In this document: positions 38,229 to 50,824 of the stretch, in pieces
How positions within the stretch are numbered: position 1 is the first letter of the stretch
Layout of the letters: every line of letters begins with the position of its first letter
NCBI RefSeq assembly: GCF_004010195.1
Contig: NC_057717.1
Span: 26,214,509-26,278,508, forward strand
From: Chiloscyllium plagiosum
Lineage: Eukaryota
Length of the DNA stretch: 64,000 nt
Direction of reading: 5' to 3'
Made by a program: the position numbers and the translations under genes
The notes under the pieces: model-generated
What the model was told of the DNA's origin: nothing
Database searches by the model: none
Seen by the model: the letters and a program-made list of their open reading frames with translations, nothing else

Positions 38229-38733
38229 CTTTCTCCTTGTGGATGGAGGAGAAAGTGAGGTCTGCAGACGCTGGAGATCAAAGTTGAAACTTTATTTCTG
38301 GAACAGCACAGCAGGTCAGGCAGCATCCAGGGAACAGGAGATTCGACGTTTCGGGCACAGGCCCTTCTTCCTGAAGAAGGGCCTCTGCCCGAAACGTCGA
38401 ATCTCCTGTTCCCTGGATGCTGCCTGACCTCCTTGTGGATGGAGTCTCTCAGCGGAGTCGGTAGATTCTGATGGTACACCACACATTCATAAGTATCGCC
38501 ACTCAGCTAGGCTTCAGTAAAAATGTCTAATTTGCTGATCATGCTGTCGGGATTCTGTCCAGGCTGGTCAGCAATCTCTGATTTCAGAGGCTTCTTTTCT
38601 TGCATCCAGGTAACGTTAATTCCAGAAGGAAGATTGGACACAACGCAGGTTAATGTCACCGTCGCCTCCAGTAAGACTTGTTCTACTGGCGGTGGGAGGA
38701 TTTTAATGGTGTTAGGGTGGCACTCGGTATCTT
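38229..38733 (-). pseudogene. IGHM: IgM Cmu3 exon with a premature stop and a transposon insertion
   Basis: [34 protein letters not shown]...EA*LSGDTYECVVYHQNLPTPLRDSIHKE. TAG at 38507-38509, donor G|gtgagc. The exon is 309 bp once the insert and one TSD are removed. Confidence 0.93.
38249..38428. mobile_element. Penelope terminal-repeat hairpin insertion with a 16-bp target-site duplication
   Basis: ctccttgtggatggag at 38233-38248 and 38429-38444; 57-bp inverted arms 38314-38370 and 38373-38429; hammerhead motif at 38371-38398. Confidence 0.9.
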
Positions 38734-40700
38734 CTATGAAACAAAAATCAAAGTCAATGAAAAATGCCTCTTTATGATACAAACATCCAATCTTCAGATT
38801 ACTCCCTCACAGGGTGAAGTCACCACCTTCAAAATGGCAACTCCAACTATTGCTGAAACGATGCTTATTATTGTTGATGTATTTTGATTCGTGAAAGCAT
38901 TTGTGATTACCTATAACATACCCTGTGTAATTATTCCTAAAGAACACTGGCTTTGTAACAAGTGAAACCTGTGAAAAAAGTAAAATCATCGAAGATACCA
39001 TCATGTAACCCATGGAATTACCTTTCTTCCAGAGGTTGTCTCTCACTTAACACCATTTATTGATACTTGTGACAAGAGTAATCTGAATATAATGAGTCAA
39101 TTTCCACGATCATAACCCTTGGTGCAAATGCTGCTGGTCATGCTGCTTGCCAAATCACATCCCAAATTTTGGACAAATTATAATAAATAATAATTATTCT
39201 CTTTGCAGAGTTCTAAAGTTTTACAGGAGCGGTGGACCACCATAGAAATTCTGTTCATTATATTTAAAGTGATCGAAAATACTTTGCGTCATTGATGTGA
39301 TGTCATCCCCTAATTTATGTTATTGTTCCTCGTGGGCTGAGTTTAGAATGGATCTGAAAACAAGACACTGAGTACAGCATTGGATATCGAGAAGGACACC
39401 CATCTCCTTAAGACTTTCCTTCCATTCAGTTAGTTCATGACTGGTCTGTACTTTCACTTTATTTACCAAGCAACATTTTTAAATTTCTTCATAGAACAGG
39501 AGAGAAAACCACAAGCAAAAGCGTCTTAAATTAATCTACAAATGCGATTGAAATGTGCACTAGTTTTATAGACATCCACTACTCACTGTGTAAACATTGT
39601 CACCCCAAACCAGGCTAAATCAGCCTGTCTCGAGTTCCTAGTTCATTCACCTCTATTGTAGCATTCTTACCAGAATTTATTCTCCTGCCTCATCCACTAA
39701 TTACAGAGAGCATCTTAAAGAAGCTCAGTGAGATCACATTTATCCCAGTTAATCAAATGTGATACCCACTTGTTCTGTGGTCTGATCCCATAAATGAAGT
39801 TAAAGAGCTCAGTACAAGATAAAAATCGATGTCGTACAATGTCCAAGGCCAAAAGATTATTCCTGAGCAGGAAATGAAGCACTGAACGCATTTTGATTTA
39901 TTTTCAAGTGAGGGTCACTGCATATTTTAAACACGTCATTTTGAGACCACAACATCATAAGATAGAGGATCAGAATAAGGCTGTTCGGCCAATCCTGAGT
40001 TTAGATCAGAATGGTGCTGAAAAAGCACAGCAGGTCAGGCAGCATCCGACGAGCAGGAAAATCGACGTTTCGGGCTAAAGCGATTCTACTGTCTTCTCCC
40101 CGTATTAAACAAGAGCCGATCTATCTCTGGCTTGAATACACGCAATGGCCTGGCCTCCACAGCCCTCTGCAGCAACAAGTTCCACAGACTCGTCACCCTC
40201 TGGCTGAAGAAATTCCTCACCATCTCAGTTCTAAGCGGTGCCCCTTTGACCCTAAGACTTTGCCCTTGGGTCCTAGTCTCACCTACCAGTCAAAACATCT
40301 ATTCCACGTTCACTCTACCTCAGTCTCTCAGTATTTTCTATGTTTCAATCAGATATCTCTCCAATACCCCCCCTCCACTCCCAAACTTATCCTTGAAGCG
40401 GCTACCAGGCAAGGATTCAGCACTCTGAATGCCGCTCCCAGCATGATGAGGCAGCAAACTATTTAACAAAGCTCACTGTCCATATATCTATCTTCAACAG
40501 AGGGGAAACATGCTTTTCTGTTTTGCCAAAATCTTGAATTATGAGTATTGCTAATGTATCACTCAAACTGAAATGAGATACGTGGCATGTTGGGAAATGA
40601 GAAGCTGTACCGTGCTGTTTACTAAGCCTGATAAATTAGTGTGTTTGATTCACATCAGAATTCAGAATGACTTGTAGCTCTCTCAGTATGTGTCTCTTAC

Positions 40701-41008
40701 TCTGGAGTGCGGTGATGTTTTTACTTTGAGTGTTCTCTCCATGAGTGACCTGGCAGATATAGACTGCGCTGTTGAACCATTCACCATAAGGGGCCATCAG
40801 CCGACTCGTCACCGAGAAGTTCGGTGACTCACACCGGGAGATGTGAAGAAGCCAGAATCCAAGGGTCGGCCATTTTTCAACCAACTCACGGAGATTGACT
40901 TCGGATGGAAATCGATGATTGAACAGACGACAGTTGCAAACTTGCTGCTTGCGATTTCTTCACTGGAGCTCACAGTTAGGAGAAGAGTTGCTTGGAGAAT
41001 ATTTGGAC
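40701..41008 (-). pseudogene. IGHM: IgM Cmu2 exon, frameshifted
   Basis: [40 protein letters not shown]...GFFTSP, then a frameshift, then [41 protein letters not shown]. 308 bp, donor A|gtaaga. Confidence 0.93.
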
Positions 41009-41199
41009 CTTTAGGAAACACATCGTATAAATTATCTGATGAATTTCATAACAAATACAATCAGTTCTCATATATCAAGGTTTCTTGTGGCTAATGGATA
41101 CAAGAATCATACTTATGCAGAGTTCTGGAGAAGCTGGGATCTACGCAGAAAGATCAGCAGGACAATGTGAAAGGCTAAAATTATAGGACACAACAAGGG

Positions 41200-44100
41200 A
41201 GTCAAGGAGGCAAAGAAAATATAGACCGGTAACATCAGAAGGGAGATAGCAACGTTGGATGGTATTCGTTTTAATGACAGAGTCTGATGAACAAGGCAGA
41301 TGAATTACCGGCATAAATAAGGAAATGATGCCGTTGCTATCACGGAGACATTTTGAGATTGGGGCAGGAGTGGCTATTCAATATTCCAGGATTTAGTGCC
41401 TTCAGGGGAGACAGGGAACGATGGAAAAGGATGGGGGCGGGGGTGTGTGGTACAGAATGTTGCTTCTGTCGCAATTCTGACAAGGGTAATTTAGGCTGTA
41501 AAGAGAAATGAAATCACGGTTACCTCCTCGAACAAAGGCAAATGGACAGTACTTCAAAACCAAAATACAGCAAACATAACTACTGGGAGAGCACGATAGA
41601 CCTTACTGTAGGTCCAAAAGACCAAGTGCAAATATACAGGCAAATTTCAGAGAATCGTAAATTAAATAGGGGAATGAGAACAGAGGTTTTTAACTTCCTC
41701 AGCGTCGGCTTGGATATTCATTTTGACAAAAGTTTAGAGGGAGCAGAATTCTGAAAATGTCCCCAGGAGAATATTTTTAAAAAGTATGTTAAATACAGAG
41801 AGGGGTGAACCTGGACTTAACTTTAGGGAATGAAGTCGACACAGTGGGTAAAACATCAATGGACAGTGCAGACAGTGATCATAGATCTGTTGGATTCCAG
41901 ATTGTTCTGGAAAGTGATTGAAATTGGCCCAAAGTTCTGAAGGGAGAATGTTAAGAAGATCAGGTAATGATTTGACCAGAGTGGACCGGAAATCTAAATC
42001 AGAGCAGTGTGACACATTTAAGAAAGAAATAAGAAAAGCACAAGGAGGTCATTTCCCAGGAAGCGACTGCGTGGGATCAAGAATGTAGCGGGCTCTGGAC
42101 CAAAGGAATGGAGGGTGAGATAAAGAGAAACAAGGGAGACTTCCGGTCTATACTGAAATCTCAAAACAAGAGAAACTATTCTGGAGTACAGAACGTGCAA
42201 GGGGGAGTTTGAAAGAAAGAGGTATTAGGAGAGCAAAAGGGACCATGAGAAAATAATAGCAGTCAAAATAAAAGAAAATACTTTTAAAAGTTACAGGCTC
42301 ATTCATAATAAAAGACTAATTGGGGAAACAGTAATGCCCATTAAGTGTTATTACTGGAGTGGAGCCAGAGGATGAGGTTGCAGTCGAAACGAATGTGTTG
42401 TGTCAGTGTTGACTAGTAAGAGGGACAATGTGGGGACAGAAATCATAGAGGAGTGTTGTGATGTACTTTCAGAAATTAGGGCACATGATGTGATGTTCTG
42501 TGTTGTCTTGCTGAATGACAATTATTTCCAGGGCAGATGAAATGTATACCAAGCTGTTGAGTGATGCAAAGGATGAAATAATTGGGACGCTGACAATAAT
42601 TTAGTGTTACTGTCTGGCCACAGCAGTTGTGCCAAGTGAGTGTAGATCAGCCAACGTTGCACTATTATGCAGGCCGAAAGAAGGGATAAACAATGAAAAC
42701 ACAGATTTGTCAAGCTAGTCTCAGTGGTAAGGAAACTGTTGGAACTATTGAGAAACAGAATTAGTCTTCATTTGGAAGATCAATCAACAATTTTCAGCAC
42801 AGTTTTATTGAGAAGAAGGCATGTATAACAATTTGATGGTAGTTTTCAGAGAGATAACTCGATGTCCAGATGATAGCAATAATCAGAGCCAATGGGATAC
42901 AAGTTAATTTGACAGATTGGATCTAGAAGTGGCTGAGTGGTGGGAGCAGGAGATAATGGTCATTAGGTGTCTGCGTGAATGGAAATCTATTTCTCGTGGT
43001 GTTGTGCAGGGATTAGTGTTGATTTCCTTGCTGTTTCTCTTATATACCAATGATTGAGACTCAAATGTAGGAGGGTTAACCAGTAAATTCACAGATGAAA
43101 GGAAACTCGTCATGTTGGTAAGTCATGATCATAATGGCTTTAGATTGCAGGAGGATATACAAGGATTGGTTACATGTGAAGAAAAGTTGCAAATGGAAAT
43201 CATTCTGGATAAATGTAAGGTGATTATATTCGGCAGAAGAAACTGTGAGGTATTATATTTTGAATGGTGGAAACCTGGAAAGGACTGAGGATCTTTGGTG
43301 TAGGTACCCACCGATCCCCTATAGTACTGTGTCGTCAGGATAAAGAGGCTAAGAAGGTGGGGAAAGTATTTGCTTTTATTATCCGAGACATTGACAATGA
43401 AGAGTAGGGAGATGATACTGGAACTTAATAAAACTCAGGTTAGGTCATACCATACTGAAGCGTTGTGTGCACGTTATTGAAGGACCTACAGTGTTATACA
43501 TTGGGTGTTGTTTGCTATCCTGGTGATTTGTGCTGTTTCAGTCACAATGTTTATAAGAAAATCTAAGGTAGTGATCATGTGCAGTGCTGGGTCCTCTACG
43601 TTTTGTCATTTACATAAATGATTTGGATGCGAGCATAAGAAAGTTAGCAAGTTTGCAGATGACACCAAAATTGGAGGTGAAGTGGAGAGCGAAGAGGGTT
43701 ACCTCAGATTACAACAGGATCTTGACGAGATGGGCCAATGGGCTGAGAAATGGCAGATGGAGTTGAATTCAGATAAATGCGAGGTGATGCATTTTGGGAA
43801 AGCAAATCTTAGGAGGACTTATACACTTAATGGTAAGGTCCTAGGGAGTATTCCTGAACAAAGAGACCTTGGAGTGCAGTTTCATAGCTCCTTGAAAGTT
43901 GAGTTGCAGATAGGTAGGATAGTGAAGAAGGCATTTCGTACGCTTTCCTTTTTTGGTCAGAGTATTGAGTACAGGAGTTGGGAGGTCATGTTGCGGCTGT
44001 ACAGGACATTGTTGAGGCCACTGTTGGAATATTGCGTGCAATTCTGGTCTCCTTCCTATCGGAAAGATGTGGTGAAACTTGAAAGGGCTCAGAAAGATTT

Positions 44101-45060
44101 TCGAGGATGTTGCCAGATTTGGAGGATTTGAGCTATAGGGAGAGGCTGAACAGGCTGGGGCTGTTTTCCCTGGAGCGTCGGAGGCTGAGGGGTAACCTTA
44201 TAGAGGGTTGCAAAATTATGAGGGGCATGGATAGGGTAAATAGACAAAGTCTTTTCCCTGGAGTCGGAGAGTCCAGAACTAGACAGCATAGTGATAGGGT
44301 GAGAGGGGAAAGAGATAAGAGACCTAGCGGGCAACTTTTTCACAGGGTGGTACGTGTATGGAATGAGTTACCAGAGGAAGTGGTGGAGGCTGGTACAATT
44401 GCAACGTTTAAGAGGCATTTGGATGGGTATATGAATAGGAAGAGTTTGGAGTGATATGGGCCGGGTGCTCGTAGGTGGGACTAGATTGGATTGGGATAAC
44501 TGGTCGGCATGGACGGGTAGGACCGAAGGGTCTGTTTCCATGCTGTACATCTCTATGACTCTATGAATGTGATTACACTCAAGACAGCATTGATGAGATT
44601 TGTCAGGTTTTTTCCTGGGTTGGAGTGTTTTAGTTATGAAACTAGATTAGATAGACGGGGGTCTTCCTTGGAGCAGAAGAGAATTAGGGAGATGATTATC
44701 ATGATGTCTGGAATTATTTTAGGCATAGGCAGGGTAAACTGGACAAAACCTTTCCCTTTGATGGAGAGATCAATGTCTCAGGAGCACAGTGTAAAGGTAA
44801 GGCCAGGAGGTTTAGAGCGGATCTGGGAGGAAAACAAAATCAAACAGAGGGTGGTGTGAGTCTGGAGCTCCGTGCCTATAATTCATGTAGAGACTGAGCC
44901 CCTCATAATAAGTATGAAGAATTTAGATGCATCCTTGCAAAGGCAAGTCACACAAGGCAATGGATCAAGTGCTGGCACATGATATTGGAATAGTTAGGTG
45001 GCTGTTATTGATATCTGTGGACTGGATGGACCAAAGGACCTTTTTCCTCTGCTGAATAAG
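41200..45060 (+). mobile_element. Old, degraded near-full-length CR1 ORF2 in the Cmu1-Cmu2 intron, split by a younger CR1
   Basis: Remnant endonuclease and RT motifs are colinear, with a 3' tail near 45050. Confidence 0.7.
43583..44563 (+). mobile_element. Younger 5'-truncated CR1 LINE
   Basis: Peptides LGPLRFVIYINDLD, WAEKWQME and LLRPLLEYCVQFWSP; tail ctctatgactctatga. Confidence 0.92.
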
Positions 45061-45145
45061 GTGATTCTGTGAAAACTGTTCTAAATAATAACTTATTCAT
45101 GTTAATCACAGATGATCTGTTTATCTCAGTTCCCACAACACTTAC

Positions 45146-45451
45146 CCAGTCATGGCATTTCTTTGCTCTTGTGTGACTTGCTGTGTTGAACCTCACAGTA
45201 GATTTTGCTGGGGCAATCTACTGCTGACTCGGGCAGGGTTAACTGGCTGCTCAGGGTGTAGGTTCCCTTCTTGTTTCTCACTGATGGCTAAGTCATCAAT
45301 CCAGTCGTGATCAGCTCCCCACCTTTCTTCTAGGTTACCTTGGTGACATCAGGGGAATAGTCCATCGCTAAACAACCAAAGATTACAGAACCGGTGTTGT
45401 GCTCCTGACAGGAGGAGACCAGGCCATAAAGCGTGGGGGGAGACGGTGTCT
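45146..45451 (-). pseudogene. IGHM: IgM Cmu1 exon with three in-frame stops
   Basis: [87 protein letters not shown]...EMP*L. 306 bp with ag and gtaagt ends; stops at 45330-45332, 45288-45290 and 45150-45152. Confidence 0.94.
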
Positions 45452-45799
45452 CTACAATAGAATGACCATTTCAGCATGTTAGTTTCTGTTAATTTGACCT
45501 TATCAGTTACTCCAATGTGTCCTCAGCTGTAAACGTTTGCCAGTATGCTCCCGCTGAAGTATACAGCATAACTGGAGTTTGTTTTTGTTTCCTACCAGTT
45601 GCTGATCATGATCATTGGTTCTCTCTTTATAAACATGCCCTCGACCTTGACCATTATCATATAATTTCGGAAGAATAACATCCTGATCCCACCCCAGTAA
45701 CTGTTTGAAGATCTCACCAACTGACACTTTCACTCGATTGCAAGTGAAGAGCAGAGAAGTTTCACAAAATACAAACCAAGAAAATGCAAATTCATTGAA

Positions 45800-46115
45800 A
45801 TTCTACAGTGTGCAAACAGGCCATTTGGCCCAACAAGTCCACACTCACCCTCTGAAAAGTAACGCATCCAGACCCATTCCCCTTCCCTCTTACTCTACAT
45901 TTAACCCTGACTAATGCACCCAAGCTCCCAATCCCTGAACACAACATTTGCAATTCCCCCAGCTTGTACATCTTTGGACTGTGGAAGGAAACGCACACAG
46001 ACATGGGGAGAAAGTGCCAACTCCACACATACCATCACCCTAGGCTGGAATGGAACCCGAGTCCCTAGCACTGTGAGGCAGCAGCACTAACCACGGAACC
46101 AGCGTGCTGCCCCAC
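45800..46115 (-). mobile_element. tRNA-derived SINE
   Basis: Reverse complement of the SINE at 21403. Confidence 0.85.
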
Positions 46116-46954
46116 GAGGTACCGTACTGCTGGAAATACCCAACAGCTGGCAGTACTCCCCGAGAGAAAGCAGAGAGAATCATAGAACATGGAACATAGA
46201 ACATTACTGCGCAGTACAGGCCTTTCGGCTCTCGATGTTGTGCTGCCCTGTCATACTAATCTGAAGCCCATCCCACCTACACTATTCCATGTACGTCCAT
46301 ATGCCTGTCCAATGACGACTTAAATGTACTTAAACTTGGCGAATCTACTACCGTTGCTGGCAAAGCATTCCATACCCTTACTACTCAATGAGTAAAGAAA
46401 CTACCTCTGACATCTGTCTTATACCTATCTCCCCTCAACTTTAAGTTGTGTCCCCTCGTGTTTGCCGTCCCCGTACTTGGAAATCAGGTCCAGTGCGCTT
46501 TCCTCAGTTATCAATGCAAGGCAGAATGTTCTCTCTGGGAGGAAGGTCACTGCAGCAGCAGCACAGGCAGGAGCTGAGCACTGGGACTGGGAGGATGGCT
46601 GTCACGGCTGAACTCATGCCAATTATCTGGAAGTTGAAACTTCTAATTTACAATTATCTGAATTCTGGAGGCCTCTGAATTCTGGAGGACTATTAAGGTT
46701 CAGAGACTTTGGAGTGTTACAGCTGAGTATTTACGTACATATGATTTGAGAAATGAACAAGCAATCTTTAACTTTAATAACTATCAAACTGACACGCAGT
46801 TCACCACCAAACCTCATCTCTCAGACTAACCACTGCGCTTACTCTGTCGAGACCTAAATTTCCACTCACATTGACAAACCCTTCCCTTCTATACACCCAT
46901 TCAAACCCGGAACACACAACCCCTATCATATGAAACACATCCAAGGCAATCCAT

Positions 46955-47615
46955 ATTGGTAGTGTAGCTGAGCAGAGAGATCTCGGTGTCCATGTACATA
47001 GATCCCTAAATTTTGCCAGCCAGTTTTATAGGGTTGTTAAGAAGGCATACTTTGTGTTGGCTTTCATTGATAGAGGGACTGAGTTTCAGAACCACGAGGT
47101 TAGGCTGCAGCTGTACAAAACTCTGATGTGGCCGCACTTGGAGTATTGTGCACTGTTCTGGTGACCACATTACAGGAAGAATGTGGAAGCTTTGGAAGAG
47201 TTCAGAGGAGGTTTACCAGGATGTTGCTTGGTATGGCGGGAAGGTTTTATGAGGAAAGGATGAGGGTCTTTAGGCTGTTTTTGGTTGAGAGAAGAAGGTT
47301 GAGAGGTGACTTAATTGAGACATAAACAGAGGGTGGAGAGTGGATGTTTTTTCCTTGGATCGTGATGGCTAGCAGAAGGACATAGATGACAGATGTCAGA
47401 GGTTGTTTCTTTACTCAGAGAGTAGTAGGGCCATGGAACACACTGCCTGCAACAATAGTACACTCGCCAACTTTAAGGGCATTTAAAATGTCATTGGATA
47501 AACATATGGATGAAAATGGAATAGTGTAGGATAGATAGGCTTCAGATTGGTTCCACAGGTCGGCGCAACATCGAGGGCTGAAGGGCCTGTACTGCACTGT
47601 AATGTCCTTTGTTCT
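46955..47615 (+). mobile_element. CR1 3' fragment
   Basis: Peptide RVQRRFTRMLLG and a CR1 tail. Confidence 0.85.
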
Positions 47616-48254
47616 ATATTCCAGATGGACATATGATCTCAATGCCTTTCACTCAGTTCCACTCTTGCCACCCTGTACCTGGTCCACGGCGAATCTGGCC
47701 CTGACTGGACCTGGCACCATCATTTTCACAACTTGTGACAAAAGCCCACTACCCAAGACATGACCTCAGCCCTTGGCCACTGACCTCTCATCTTACCCAA
47801 GTCAACCTGTGCACATTGCATCCCAGCTCCTTTCGCATCTGTGCTTTACCACCTGCCATTTTGCCAGACTCCGAGCTTTGCATTTTGACAACTCGTCCCC
47901 CTGTCACTTCATTACAGTGACCTTCCACCCGCGAAACATCCTGGCAATCTGCCCACCTCTACACTAACCAGCCTGGCATCCTGCCCACCTCTCCATAAAC
48001 CAGCCTGGCAAAGACAGACCTCCTGCATTTCAGCTCAAACTACCCCTCACCTACCAAGCATAATTCAACCAAATTATCATGTGACCATTACCATTTACCT
48101 TAATGCCACCTTGCTAGACAGAGTGCATGCCAGCTTACCCAGCAGCCAGCCAACACCTCACAGCCTACCAGCCCAAACTCTCCCACATGCCCAATCTAGC
48201 CCCTCACTTGCTCACCACCTTCTAACTTTGAGCCTACTCCACCATAAAGTCAGT

Positions 48255-48845
48255 GAGTCAAAAAGTCGTACAGCACAGAAACAGTTCCTTTGGTCCAGCT
48301 CATCCATGCTGACCAGATTTCCCAAATTAAACTAATTCCACTTGCCTGCCTTTGGCCCATATCCATCCAGACCTATCCAGTTCCTGTAGCTGTTCAAATG
48401 CCTTCTAAATGCTCGACCTATCTCTGCATTAACCACTTCCTCTGGCAGTTCATTCCAATGTTTTGGACAGTTAAAACATGAAGCCTTAACTTCTGCACTC
48501 TGACCAATGAAGGTACATGTGCTAAACACCTTCAACACACTAGCTACTTGAGACAACGCTTTCAAGAATCTATGAGTCTGAACCCTCAGGGCCCTGTGTT
48601 CAACATCACTACCCAGTGCCCTACCATTAACTCTGTAAGTTGTGACCTGATCTGTCTTCTCAAAAAGCAATATGTCGTACTCATTTAAATTAAACTTCAT
48701 CTGCCACTCCTCAGCCCATTGGCCCAGTTGATCAATCTCCCATTGTACGTTTAGATGACTTTCACTGCCAATTATACCACCAATGCTGGCTTTACATGCA
48801 AACTTACAAACCATGCCCCATTCAATATTTTCATGGCTTTCAACC
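48255..48845 (-). mobile_element. CR1 3' fragment with an internal deletion
   Basis: ORF 48332-48847 contains QWAEEWQMKFN and WNELPEEVV. Confidence 0.85.
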
Positions 48846-50824
48846 AATATTGTAGCCTGTTTGCCTTTCTCCCATATATCTGTAGCATTCTTTTAAGGAT
48901 TGAAGGAATCTATCTCCTTCTTGAAATCATTTAAGGTTTTGTCCTCAATCAATTTCTGTGGGGGAGAATTCCAAAGGTTCACCATTCTTTTGTTGAACAG
49001 TAAACTATCAGGTTCAATGTTATCGGTGTGTTAGGAAGATCGATGAGCAGCAAGATTAATGATGATCCCATGAATGGAATAGCATTCTCGAGGGCCGAGT
49101 TGCCTTCTTCAGCTTCCATTTTACATGCTGACATGTCTGTTCGGCAGCATGTCCCAAAACTGTGATCTTTGTGGAAAAAGGCGCACATGCATGTAAATGC
49201 TTCACCTGAAAGCTTTTCTCCAAAGCAGACTTCAACTTGACTCTCAACTATTTCTCTGCCCGTTTCCTCTTCCTCGATCACAGCCAGGGGACTCACTTCC
49301 TAACAGCGCTATGAATGTACTAATACCACGTAAACTTCAGCATTTCAAATAGACTGATGATAACTGGTTTCTCAAGGCGATATAAAAAGTCGGACACTTC
49401 CACACCTGTCTAGAGATTCAAACAACCACTGGAAGAATTGAAAATTATTTGAGGCACTTGTGTGTCTACGCAAGATGACATGGTTTCCTTCTGTGTAATT
49501 TGACTGTGTTTTCACTGAGTGAGCAGAGCTATTTCTTAATCATATAATGGAAGTAAAGCTTCCCTCATTTTTAGCAAGGCAATCACACAGTATATTTCTT
49601 TATTCCAGGGAAGTATCGTGTTAAATTAATGGAATATGATGATTGGGATGTTTCAATTGGAAATTGTCAGAGATTTAAAAGCTTACTTTCATGAGCAATT
49701 AATTCCAGCCTCATTGTGTCACAGTACTCACTGGAATGTGTTTCAGAAATGGTGTCTCCCTTTGTTATGGGCAGTCAAATCAGTAAATCTGAGATCATTT
49801 TTGCTTGTTAATCAAAGGTGTTAAAGAGTTTTAGCCAAAGGGAGGCCTGTGGATTTAGCTCACAGATGCACCATGATCTAAGTAAGTGGTGGAACAGCTC
49901 AAGGGGCTGAGTGCCCTCCTATTGCTCCTACCTTCCTATCATTGTGTCATTCAATAAGCGAGCACTGGCCGTGAATATTTTTCATTAAAACATTTCTACA
50001 AATTAATTGTTTCACACTTTCTTTAAAAAAAAACTTCTGTTGATTATTTGGAACGGGATCATTGATATTCTCTATCTGAGTGATCAAAATAACTTCCACC
50101 CAATTACAGCAGCCACTGCACTCAGGAGGGTGTTGTTACTTCATAATAGTTTTTTTGTGAAACAACAGCTCGAGATCAGGGCGCTCAAATTCAATGATTC
50201 TCTGATATTTAATATCTCCGAACGTTCGTAATTTGTTCAAATGCATCTTCTCTCTGAAGAACGTGTTTCATCGAAAAGAACTTTTTTCAATTAAACGACA
50301 AACATTGAATGTTTTAAAAACCAAAATAAAGACAGAATTATCTGAAGAAACTCAACAGGTCTGGCAGCTCCTGTGGAGAGAAAGCAAGGTTTACTTTTCG
50401 TATCCAGAGACCCCCTCTTTAGTAAATTGTTTTTATGTTTTTGGCACAAGAGCTCACACCTGCTGAGTTAGACACTGATTATGTTTGCTTGACTCCTGTT
50501 GGAAAAGGATTCTTAGCAGAGGTACTGGATGTTCTGAGATAGCAATTGAAGACCAACTGAAGAGCTAGCACCATTTGCTGCAAGTGTTGGATTCAGCGGA
50601 ACTCCCACCGTATTGAACAATCAAATTCAGCTACATCAGTGGTTTAATACAAAGCAAAAACAGCCTAGGCATAATCTCAACAAACCAAAAGAGAAAATGC
50701 TGGAAAATCTCAGCAGATCTGGCAGCATATGTAAGGAGAGAAAAGAGCTAACGTTTCGAGTCTAACTGGATGGGTGAAGCAGAGGCAAAGGGGGAATAGG
50801 AGAGAAAAAAGATGATGAGAGAGT

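Noticed and set aside
45784-45791. Perfect ATGCAAAT octamers (also at 3457, 11682 and 21941) as enhancers
   Set aside because: A few copies are expected by chance in 64 kb of AT-rich DNA, and no motif clustering was seen.
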